This document shows positions 11,379 through 22,480 of a stretch of DNA of 64,000 nucleotides, piece after piece (the first letter of the stretch is position 1; every line of letters begins with the position of its first letter). Source of the stretch: Tubiluchus corallicola. Taxonomy: Eukaryota > Animalia > Priapulida. Position numbers and translations under genes: made by a program. The notes under the pieces were generated by a model. It was not told the origin of the DNA. It searched no databases and saw only the letters and a program-made list of their open reading frames with translations. The stretch is taken from the NCBI GenBank assembly GCA_030141605.1, contig JAQGDQ010000367.1, forward strand, positions 124,001 through 188,000, given 5' to 3'.

Positions 11379-12982
11379 ATAACAACAAGAAAAACAACAA
11401 CATTATCATCAACAACATCATCAACATCATCATCATCATCATCATCATCATTTTTATTAGCGCAATCATCATTATAATTTTTGTTTTCACTGCCAATGTC
11501 GCAGGTACTTTTACCACTATACATACTGTATAATTATCATTATTTATGTACTAACTCTTTCAGCTTTAGTTCCACACCCTTTCACAGGTATATGTACATA
11601 ACCACGTCTTTTGTACGGTGAAATATACGTTCCACAGTTCCCACTCTCGGTTCGAATTTCTGCGTCCTTAGGAGAAGCACTAAGCTCCAGAACAACATCC
11701 ATCGTTCGACAGAATATGTTACAAGTAGTAGTAACAGCTAAAAAATAAACTTGATTAATTTTCCGCTGAAGTAATTAAACGCATGAACGATACAGTAGTT
11801 GTATAATCCATCCTTTTCAAGGACAAAAAGGGGTACCTAAAGTGGGTTTTAGAAAAATTGCCTAGAAAATTTTTATTACTTTTTAGTAATTTTATGCTAT
11901 ATCGTACTCGCGTTGAAAGGAAAATACTGTTCCGACCGCGCCATTACATGACGTCATGTACGCACAAGATAAATCAGAGGAAGAAAAGGAAATGTTAAAC
12001 TATGTCTCAAAAAACTTTCCATGCAAAATTGTATTACTTAACATTTCGCTTACCAGCTTGAAAGACTTATTTAACTAGAAAAGAATATTATTGATTATTT
12101 AAAGTGCTTTCACCAATCGGTAAAATGTAGTTGCATAGCTGCAGGGTGCGCCACTCATTAGCCAAAAAAAATATTTTAAATCTTATTGACAAGATGCAGT
12201 AATTTAAAATTTTTACTTCGTTAGTGACTTGTGTGCTACGAAAGTTCTGATTATTTTCTCAAACTTTACTCAATGTTATCTAAACTTGTTTCAAATGACA
12301 TGTCGTTAAAATGGCTGCGTCTAACGGTCATTACGGGAGTTTATTTTACAAATTTTATACAGCGTTACTGCCGATGCAAGCCCTGTGTGCAAAAAGTCAG
12401 TGCTTAAGTGGTATAAAATTTCAAGGCGAATTATTTAAGCTTTATGTAAGCGGCGGGGTTTCTTGTGCATAGCATAAAAAGCAAAAGTGTTATTGTTACA
12501 ATAAAAATACAATAACCAAGCTGTTACTCTAATATGCTTGAGAAAATGTAATAGGTATACATACTTACATTTTAAAAAATCGGAATAAACCGCGCTTTTA
12601 AAAACATCGTTTTCATCTCGATCGTATCTAAAAATATCAAAAAATAAAAGCAAAAAAATTTTGGAAAAACACCTTTTAGTTAGGCCTACATATTATTACT
12701 TAATAGCGTGATAAATTGCAATATTGTATCAAACTTACTGTAAAATAAATGTTCCGCTCTTTCGTTACATTTTTACCCTCTTTGCACATTACTTGCAAAA
12801 AGATGGCCAATAATTCAAAAATATTACACTCGTGTGCAAAAATATTACACTTCGTTAAATTGCACTACTTACTTATCAACAGAAAAATCCTGTGCTACTA
12901 TTTGCTCGTAGTTATACACGGCTTGTGAGGATTTTAAAAGCAAAAACAACGCGAGCAAAGACAAATAATATTTTATACACAT
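10441..12982 (-). CDS. Secreted ZP-N domain protein; exons 12982-12873, 12627-12569, 11737-11556, 11184-11030 and probably 10576-10441 (or -10512)
   Basis: Canonical GT-AG junctions with matching phases (2,1,0,2). Signal peptide MCIKYYLSLLALFLLLKSSQA; ZP-N signature TC..C.TMDVVL...GNC...HIPVKGCGT...YTNRVFI...YQVSC. The last exon is less certain. Confidence 0.8.
11346..11451. repeat. (CAT)n/(CAA)n microsatellite in intron 3 of the ZP-N gene
   Basis: Directly visible. Confidence 0.95.
11880..12470 (+). mobile_element. Non-coding interspersed repeat family A (likely non-autonomous DNA element), in intron 2 of the ZP-N gene
   Basis: Aligns over ~550 bp with 20190-20790 (e.g. catgacgtcat..taaatcagaggaagaaaa..ttgtattacttaacatttcgcttacc..aagtggtataaaatttcaag). 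Confidence 0.85.
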
Positions 12983-13389
12983 GATAAAAACACTCATTCA
13001 AAACATAAGTGGGGCTATATAAAAGACATTCTTACACAACAGATAACCTGCACAAAAATGTGTTTTATCAATCGGATGGTATCATCTGTCTGTTTTAGCT
13101 CTTCCGTTTAATGGTTAGTGTGCTGCTAATTACATGTGTCACCTGGTTGGCTCATCACCTGACAAATTATAAGTTGCCCAATCAAATAAGTGTGTACCAG
13201 CCACCACGCCATGTTTGTACAGAACCATGTGACACAGACAAAGTCACATTGGTAGCCATACGTTCAGTGTCTATATGTACATCTATATGTACATCTATAA
13301 TTACACCTACTTGCCAACCTGTAACGAGAATATGTTTGATTGTAGATTTTGTAAATTCATCGCATTGTTCGTTTGTTTACATGCTTAGA

Positions 13390-13665
13390 GTTCGTTAAGT
13401 CGTTCGTTCGTTCGTTTAGTCAGGCGTTCTTTCCTGCTTCTCTTATTTATTTTGGCTGCTCGTTAGTCAGTCGGCTAGTCAACTGTATCGTTTTAATTTG
13501 TTTCCTATTTTGTTTCTTTATTCGTTACTTTTTTTCATTCATTCATTCATTCATTTATTCATCCATCCATGCATCCATCCATCCATCCATTCATTCGTTC
13601 GTTCGTTCATTCAATCATTCATTCATTCATTTTTTCTTTCTTCCTTTCTTTCTTTCTTTCTTTTC
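13390..13665. repeat. Degenerate tetranucleotide repeat (TTCG/CATT/CATC/CTTT)
   Basis: Directly visible. Confidence 0.9.
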
Positions 13666-13863
13666 ATTAACGTTTTCAATCGCTTAGTTTAGTCTATTGG
13701 CTATTCAGTGTTTTCGTCCATCGCTCGTCATTAGCTCTTTTTGCATTTGCTAACTACCACTTATTTGAAGAGCCACAATCCTTTACGATCACTTTATCTA
13801 ATCATAATGGTTCAGCAACCAATTCAATATTTCCAGGTGTCAAAACTTGTCATGATTGTCAGA

Positions 13864-14000
13864 AGCTGTGTGGCCTAGAGGTCACGACGTTGGACATAAT
13901 TCTCAAAGAACCCCAGTTCAAATCCAAGTTTCGTTTGAATTTTTCACAATTCTTGCTTTTCAGTCGAGTTTGGTATCAAAATTAAAAACTTGTGGATTCA
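13864..14000 (+). mobile_element. tRNA-derived SINE
   Basis: A-box TGGCCTAGAGG and B-box GTTCAAATCC at tRNA spacing; body (tttttcaca.ttct..agttt.gt.tcaaaatt..tgtgg) shared with 26938-27080. Confidence 0.65.
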
Positions 14001-14284
14001 ATTCATCACTTGTGTCGTTTCAAGTGTCTCTACATGGTGCAGTCGTACTCACACATCAGAAGACCTTCATTGGACTACTCACTATTCTCCCATGCAAATT
14101 AATGTCTAAGGAATATCTCACACAAGACGCATGTAAAAATTCTGGCAGATTCATCTTAAAAATGGAAAACACTGTTGTCACTGGCGCATACATATTTGTA
14201 AAACCAAAACGCCATTAACTGGCCTTTCTGCTACTATATCACTTTTCTAAAGGCAACACCAAAAAATGTTGTTCGATTCTTGAT

Positions 14285-14832
14285 TTTTTACTAGGGCGCT
14301 GAAGTTGACATAAAAATATTGGCCTTGGCTTCATATTCTAAGGTTACAAATGTCTTCGAAACTCCGAATCTCACCACAGAAACTAAACTACATATTTTAT
14401 CATCACTTGTAGAACCTGTATTCTTATATAAATCTGAATTGTGGACTGTCAAAGTTGTCCAGAAGAGTAAAATCAATGCCTTCCAAAGACGTCCGTACAG
14501 AAAGATGTTGGGCATGAAATGGCCAAAGTCAATCTCAAATCAAGATCTATATGATTTAACGAAGAAGAAATGTAGTGAGGTTATACAGAAACATCGACTT
14601 TTGATGGATTTGATGTCATCAGATTACCAAAAGTCACTAATACCTGGGGAAGAAGCCAAGAGGGGACAGATGATCACGTATTTGAATGTTCTAAAGAAAG
14701 ATTTATTAAAAACTCCACTTGACTTAAACAACGTAGATACTTGGCATGTGGCCGCGTGGCAACAGACTGGAGAGTTTGGCATCAAATCATGAATGGTGCT
14801 GTGTTACACAACGAATACACCTGAGATGATGA
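14285..14832 (+). mobile_element. Decayed RTE-like LINE ORF2 3' fragment
   Basis: LYKSELWT..INAFQRR..LGMKWPKSISNQDLY; homologous to 21300-22116; gatgatgat tail. Confidence 0.85.
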
Positions 14833-16977
14833 TATTACTTGAGATTTGATTTTACAAGTGCCTGTTCTCACAGGGTCTTCACGCATCATTACAAGTATTC
14901 ACATAGTGAACTTGAACTTTGTAATCTGCAAGCTGGTGGTTTAATTACAAGTAATAGAGATCATTTCAGTGGCAATCAGGAAGGAAGGGGTGGAAAGAGG
15001 CGTACATGGAAGTCAGCCACGTATTGTGTGTGTGTTTCTGGCGCGGTGTGTTACTGGTGCAATAATACTTAAATCATGCTTTGTGAGTTAATAACAGATA
15101 TTGAGTGACTGCTTCACGGCTTCGTTACAATTAAAGATAACGCGCTTATCACCCTGTCTTAAGATTTAATTACCATGCCAAATTACTTATTATACGCAAC
15201 CACTTTACAGATTATATATACAAGTAATTCGTTTTGAATGTTTGAGTTACATTCGTAATATGTTCGAACACGTAGTTCACATGCCTGTAATTGCAATAAA
15301 ATAGTTCGGAATGCGAAGCACTAGTTACCTGCTTAGTGATTTATTTTTTCGCTGGTGACGTCACGTTTTCAAAAACTGATAAAACTTGTTAACTGATTAC
15401 ATGAACACCATTATTACTCATTACAAGAATGAAAACAGCATCACGGCGAAACAAACTCTTTACAGAGTTACTTAGCAAGCAAGTAACCAAAAAAATACAA
15501 GAAAGTCTGCAACAAAACCAAAACAATAACACATGCACATAATTATTAGTCATACATAGGATATCGATAATTAAACACTTGGTTATAAAAAAAATAAACC
15601 ACTGTAATGAAAACGAATGGTTCTTCCATTGGCTAATCTGTAATCTGCTAAAATAGTGTTCTGCGTTCAGAAGTGCTACGTGGCAACATACCGAAACCCA
15701 GAGATCTGCTCTCGTCCAAGGCCTCTTCAAAAGTCAACCACATTTCTGCACTCTTTTCCTCTTGTTTCTTGTTCTTACAGCTCAAGTGGTGGACTAGTTT
15801 GGAGTCGTCTGTGGATTACTTTTGAAGGGCTTTCAAGCTCGGTGTTTCACTTAACTTCGTCTTATTTAAAATGCTAAAACGTCATGGTGCATAGTGCGTT
15901 GAAATGTACAAAAACGGAAAACAACAACAGAAATAATTGAAGAAATAAAAATAACTTTTATTTTTGGTCACGACTTTAAGCACATAAAAACACGATTACA
16001 TATTTACAATTTAAAATACAAAATGAAGATACATTTTAAAAATTGCATAACAATTACATGCACGACGTATGCTGCATTTACTGTTCTTGATTTGCAATAA
16101 GTCGTCTCAAGCATTAGGCCTGATAAGTTTTGTCTCTGTTATGCTACATATTTTTATACATTATTATTACAAGTAACTAACATCATTATATAGTAAATTA
16201 TTTAATTTATTACATAAAAGTACTTTATATATAAAAGGACTACATCAAAGGACTATATAAAAGTAATTCAAGGTGAACAGAAAAATTTGTGGAGAATATT
16301 AGGCAAATGCATAATTATAGAAACGATTAAATTCTGCAAGTCTGCAAAATATTTAAATTCTCTTAGTCTTATAGGCCCTTATTTAAGGCATTGTATTTGA
16401 GACATCGATTTATTTAATATACCAGCGCCATCTAACGGTCAATTTTTAGTGTTCAATCAGCGAACAGTAACTACATAGCTTTTCGTTATTTTAAAATATG
16501 ATTACAAAAAATTGAATACACATAGCTATATGCTTTAAGCCTTATTATCCATTGAACGCTTTTACATAGCGTACAATTGTGATTATACCTATGCACGCAT
16601 AAGCTATGTAATCTAATAATTTCAATGATTAACTAAATTTTCATTTTAACAGATTCATATTTAAAACTTACAAAAACACATCTGATGACCAAGAGCTATT
16701 TTTCTTATCCTCAGTTATTTTTCCAAGTGTTTTTGTGATGGACAGAGCAATACTTGATATGTCAAAACTTAGAAAGATTTTGTTGTTTATATACACAAGT
16801 TTGACCAACTCTCTTTTTTGTTATTTATGAGAAAGTATACGTAGCTACAATTACGTTATAAGAGACACATTTTATTGTGAAATCGGGGTTTTTTGCAGCA
16901 ATATAATTAGTTATTATAGATTTTATAGCTCATATTTAATTCACATGGCTCACTGGAAATAGTCGCACAAAGTTTTG

Positions 16978-18099
16978 CTAAATTACATTAAATTCTAAAT
17001 CATTATTAGTGGACTGATATTCAGAGTTGCTGATACCAGTCACAACAGTATCCGGTTCCTGGACGTTTTCCTCCTTATCCAAGTCCAGAGATGAATAATT
17101 CTTGCGCTTTAGCTTGACAAACCAAGCGTTCAACATTTCCCAGAAAGATTTTCTAAATGCGGGGTTGTAAAACGTGTACACTACAACATTCATCCAGGTA
17201 TTGCAGAAAATCAGAAGATAAGCCAAATTTAGCGCAATACCAGTTCTGAGATCCTGCACGGGGGTGGTCTTTCCCAGGTATGCCGTGCGCACCATCTGTA
17301 TGGCAAACATGGGTAGGTAGGCAAAGGCAAACAATACCAAAATCGTCATCATCATTCGCACTGCTGGTTTAGCCTTAGTAAAATAATCCGACGATGATGT
17401 AGATAATCTGTAGATGATCCTTCCGTACAAAAACGACATCACTACAAGCGGCAGTACATAGATACCAGCAAATATTGCTATGCTGAAATACAGCGCATGT
17501 TCATTGTTCTGGGCAACTGAGCAGTAAAATATATATTCATTACTGTAACTGTATAGCTTGTAAGCTGGTGATGCAATATCTAAATTTGTCTCATTTGTAA
17601 TTCCACTCGAAGACGGTAATTCAATGCCAAACATTGCATCCATAATATAAGGCACGACAAGGTAAAGTGCAGCAACTAACCATATTAGGCTAAGACTTAT
17701 TACCAGGTATTTCCGACTAAATTCGCTTTTTGAAGGTTGCATGACGCGTCTGTATCTGTCGGCTGCTATAGCAATCATAGTAAAAATACCACTGATAAAA
17801 TTGAAACCAGCTATAAACCATATATTTGTCCATTTGCAAACAGATTTATCGTTCTCATATTGTTCTGGAGTGAAAAACAACATTCTAGCGTACACCGCAG
17901 CACAGGCCGACATTAAAATGTCCGCTACTGATAACGAGAAAATGTACATGTTTGTAGACGTTTTCATTTTACTGTCCCACAAGAATGTCACAATCACTGC
18001 AAAGTTACTAAATAATATCAGAAAGAATTGGAAGATGAAGGCCACGACGAATAACTCCCACCATCCACTAGGAAAGAAATAAACAAAAAGTTCTGCCAT
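16978..18099 (-). CDS. Intronless rhodopsin-class GPCR, copy 2
   Basis: 7TM; LSVAD, DRY, YVLP, AYLP, NVVVY, FRKSF; paralog of copies 1 and 3. Confidence 0.95.
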   Translation of the reverse strand: MAELFVYFFPSGWWELFVVAFIFQFFLILFSNFAVIVTFLWDSKMKTSTNMYIFSLSVADILMSACAAVYARMLFFTPEQYENDKSVCKWTNIWFIAGFNFISGIFTMIAIAADRYRRVMQPSKSEFSRKYLVISLSLIWLVAALYLVVPYIMDAMFGIELPSSSGITNETNLDIASPAYKLYSYSNEYIFYCSVAQNNEHALYFSIAIFAGIYVLPLVVMSFLYGRIIYRLSTSSSDYFTKAKPAVRMMMTILVLFAFAYLPMFAIQMVRTAYLGKTTPVQDLRTGIALNLAYLLIFCNTWMNVVVYTFYNPAFRKSFWEMLNAWFVKLKRKNYSSLDLDKEENVQEPDTVVTGISNSEYQSTNNDLEFNVI

Positions 18100-18684
18100 T
18101 TTGTTCACCAAAGTAATAATTAATCACGATTCATATCAGAATGTCCGGCAAACTACTGTACAATCCTCAGGCACAAGTTCAGATGAGACGCAAATTGATC
18201 GTTTTAAGGTATCACAACGCCTTACGTAGTACCAAAAGTTTCTCAAAGCATGTAACCTATTGTTAGAACTGATTGTCATAAATTTTCGCCTGCAGTACCT
18301 GCAAGGCATACAGTTTACTCACGAACTAGCAAAGAATGAAATCCGGGTCAGACAGGTTCCGGTTCAACGTAGAATCGTTCTCTTGCAGTGTGATTTCACA
18401 CGTAAATATGAACAGCACGCACAACCGTCTAAATATTATCTAATGAGCTAATTAGTTGTTCCGGTTGTTAAGCAACGAAGATAATTTTATTTTAACAAAT
18501 GTTATGGTACGAACAGTTCCTGTTGAAATTCACTCGTTCTTTAAAATATTTTGTTTTTCCTGGTTGGACTTTCGACTATTAATTAAAGACTAAATAACTT
18601 TTATATAAGAAAACAATAAAAGGAGGATCCTTGTTAGTGAAACGGAAATGGTACATTAAAGCTTTTGGTAAATGTATTTCCTTC

Positions 18685-18893
18685 GACCTGGTGGTGCTGT
18701 CTCATAAAGTCACAACATCCCTCAAAATTTCTCACGCTTAGAGTTATATACTATATGACGTCATCGTCTCTCACGCCTACATTGTTGCACTATGACGTCA
18801 TCACCTCTCAAAATAACTGGTAAATAATCAACAATTAATGGTGATCACATTCTCACGACAAATTACAAACTGCATGAACCAAAGCACCAGGTC
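18685..18893. mobile_element. Small MITE-like element carrying two TGACGTCA palindromes
   Basis: Inverted ends GACCTGGTG(G)T / A(G)CACCAGGTC; internal direct repeat tatgacgtcatc..ctctca. Confidence 0.45.
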
Positions 18894-19219
18894 TAAACGA
18901 ACTAAAGTCCAATAAGCCTTTTACAAAGATCGAAATTCATGTATACGTGATAAGAACTCAGAATTGGTTTTAGTTTCAGTGTGTGCTCTTCTGTAGCATT
19001 CTGACCCTTACTATGCTCCATACTGAAAACAACCAGTCATTTAATTTCGTACTGAAATGGGTTCAGTCTCAATCAATATATTGACACTTAAATTAGATCA
19101 GTTCTAATTCTGCTTTGCTTTAGTGTAAAGTTATTGTCGAGATAAATGACTTACTGCCTTGAAGATGCTAATCTGATGATTATGATGCAATCTATTATGA
19201 CGGTTACCTGTGTCTCATT

Positions 19220-19439
19220 CATCATCATCATCCAATGAATCACACGTCCCGGGACATGATTCTGCTCACCTCCCTATACCAGGACTCCCAGCTCGCCGCA
19301 ATGCCCCAAGTACATTTATTCCTAAGGATCAATGCTGAAGTGTTTAAATCTTTCTGTGCAAAATCTAAATATGTTAACATTTGTCCTCCTGTAGGTTTTT
19401 TAGCTGGTTCTATGGCTTATTGAAGAGCTATCTTCACTG
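19220..19439 (-). mobile_element. RTE-like LINE 3' end, same family as 1562-1860
   Basis: High nucleotide identity to 1562-1780 and to the reverse complement of 21905-22116. Confidence 0.85.
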
Positions 19440-20189
19440 TTATTGTTATGTGTCCCATTGTTATTGTTTTAGTATCATTAAGCATTACCGTAATTATATT
19501 TAATTGATAATAAAGGTAATGTGCCCAGATATTGGCGTTACCAAAGGATCAAAGCGCCTCCAGGAATGTTGCTGATGAATAAACTAATAAATGACTCAGT
19601 GCACGACAGTAAGATAAAGTACCCACCAGTCAGAGAATTACCAATGCGTGGACCATCCAGGATAAAAGACGCCCTAAACTCATCAATCAAACAATCGCAG
19701 TTAAGGAAGTGGGACTACTAGATAACTAAACTTATTAATTATCTAGATATTTGTGAGTGAAAACTATTAATAAAAAATGTATGTACCAATAAGATTAATA
19801 TATTGATCACTTCATATAATCAGGCCGAATGTTTGAAAAAAAATTGCCAATTAATATGAATGTACAAAAATAAAGTAGTACCAACATGTACGGAAAATGC
19901 TACAACAAACGTACACAAAAGGTAGGTTTTCATGGTGTACAAAACGTGTATGTAAAAATGGCAGAACTTTTGTATAATAATAAGAATGAAACACACCAGA
20001 CTCTTTTTGTCACTGCTTTTTAACTGTGCAGTTTAGTAAGGAACAATGATAAACATTTCTCCTTTTGGTGACAACAATGTAATTTTAAGTTAATTGTATA
20101 AGATGGTACATGTATTAGGTGCACTAGCAAGAAAACGGATTCTTAGTAAAAAGTAAGAAAAAGTAAGTTTCAAAAAAATCACCTAAAAA

Positions 20190-20790
20190 ATTATATTACT
20201 TTACAGCAATTTTAAGCGCATATCGTACTTGCATTGAAAGGATTTTTGTTTGTTTTCGTTTCAAATCTCCCGCAATGCTGTTCCGACGGCGCCGCTACAT
20301 GACGTCATAAACGCACAACGTAAATCAGAGGAAGAAAAAGGAAATGTTAAACTATGTCCCAAAAAACTTCCGTACAACGTTGTATTACTTAACATTTCGC
20401 TTACCTGCTGGAAAGACCTAAATAAGTAGAAAAAAAACATTAATTATTTAAAATGTTTGCACCAAATGGTAAAATGTCGTTGACTCACCTCCAGGGTGCA
20501 CCACTCACTAAGCAAAAACGTATTTTTAATTTTATCGAGAAGATTTTACTTAGTGACGTGTGCGCTACGAATGCTCTGATTATTTTTTCAAACTTTACTC
20601 AGTGTTATATAAACTTGCTTCAAATGAATTATCATCAAAATAGCTGCGTAACAGGGGGGGGGTATATTTACATGTTTTATACAACGTTACTGCTGACGCA
20701 AGCCCTGTATGTAGAAAAGCATGTGCAAGTGGTATAAAATTTCAAGACGAATTTTTAAGCTTTAGGTAAGTGGAGGGTTTTCTTGTGTTT
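20190..20790 (+). mobile_element. Interspersed repeat family A
   Basis: Aligns with 11880-12470. Confidence 0.85.
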
Positions 20791-21299
20791 CAATGCTAAC
20801 TGCACAAATAGAATATGCACATATTGTTTAATAATGTAGGCAGGTGAGACTGATAAAGTACAAAATATATTGCAGTGCAAAAACACTTCATCAAATAAAA
20901 CGAAAAATATTATTAAAATAAGAAATTGCTTTAAAACTGTTTTAAATGATTATTTTACCTTCAAGCAAAATCAATGTACAGATTAAAAGCAAAAAATAAT
21001 TTATATTAAATTAGTGAATAAACTAACATAATCTTGTGAAGTCTGAACTTGGAAATATTTTACAAAGTTTGCTAAAAGCTCAAACTCTAATTGCATGAAA
21101 ACTTCATACATTTAGAAATATACCTGCGATAACATAATATTAGCATAAGCTTTCGCTGTAAAAATATCTAGTTTCCACTCAATGTATCTAAGTTTTTAAA
21201 AACACTGTGTTATATTGGTAAATGTGCTACTTGGCCTACAATATTCTAAAAAAGTGACAAACTGTATTAAATATAATAACTGTATTATTATAATTGTAT

Positions 21300-22116
21300 T
21301 TGAAGTAAGACAAGAACACAGTTACAGCTCTCTACAAAGTAAGTCAACTACTATATCTATGCAGTATGCTGATGATGTGGCATGGATTACAAGAAACAAA
21401 GAAGAAGTAGATGAAATAAGAAACTCAATAGAGGAGAAACTGAACAGAATGGATCTCGTTGTAAACAAAAAAAAACTGAAGAGTTTCACATAACACGCCA
21501 TGGTGATGAATCATGACAAAGATGCAAGTATCTCGGTAGTCTGTTGGCAACAGAAAACGACATATCAAGACGGAAGATAATGGCATTATCAGCTTACTCA
21601 AAACTCACAAAAGTTTTTGAGAATAGGAAGATTTTTTGGAAACAAAAATTAGAATATTCTCAGCCTTAGTTGAAACTGTATTTCTGTATAACTCTGAGCT
21701 CTGGACATTAAAAGCAAATCATAAAGTTGAAATCGATGCGTTTCAAAGGCGAAATTACAGACACATTTTGGGTATTAGATGGCCAAAGTAAATTTCAAAC
21801 AAAGATCTATATGAAAAAATAAAAGCAGCACCTTCGACAAGAAAAATAAAAAGACGCCGTTTAAGATGGATTGGGCATATGCTTAGACTACCTGATGATA
21901 TTCCAGTGAAGATAGCTCTTCAACAAGCAAAAGAACCAGCTAAAAAACCTGCAGGAGGACAAATGTTAACATATTTAGATTTTGCACAGAAAGATTTAAA
22001 CACTTCAGCATTGATCCTTAGAAATAAATGTACTTGGGGCATTGGCGAGCAGGGAGTCCTGGTATAGGGAGGTGAGCAGAATCATGTCACTGGACGTATG
22101 ATTCATTTGATGATGA
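21300..22116 (+). mobile_element. 5'-truncated RTE-like LINE (RT C-terminal half, frameshifted, with stops)
   Basis: MQYADD, KYLGS, FLYNSELWTL, IDAFQRR, RRLRWIGHMLRL; tgatgatga tail. Confidence 0.92.
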
Positions 22117-22480
22117 AAAACATGATAAACATCTTTACGAAAGACTGACTACAAGTGACAAAATTTCGAGCTCCTATCAACCTACTTAAATGCAAAATAA
22201 TGATACCAACAGGCAACACTTCAGAAATTCAAAATATTAAAATTTCAAAACATAAAAACATCCAGGGCGTCAAAATTACATAGCTAAGTATTATTTACAC
22301 TGGGGTACGATTCATTAAATACCTTTTGATTACAAGTGATTTATTAAAAACTGTAGAAGGTCATTAATGCTTTTTTAGATCCTTCAACATTAAAAATATA
22401 CAAGAAAGCCTCCATCTTTCTGGGATTTACAATTTGCTTCGTGATAAGCACCTCTTTTTCATATTGCCAGTTTTTTTTGT

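Noticed and set aside
13864-13940. Functional tRNA gene (also 26938-27020)
   Set aside because: Cloverleaf stems are degenerate and a shared downstream body indicates a SINE.
17741-18082. Similar antisense ORFs here and at 23376-23831
   Set aside because: Shadows of the paralogous GPCR coding strands, made more similar by the conversion tract.
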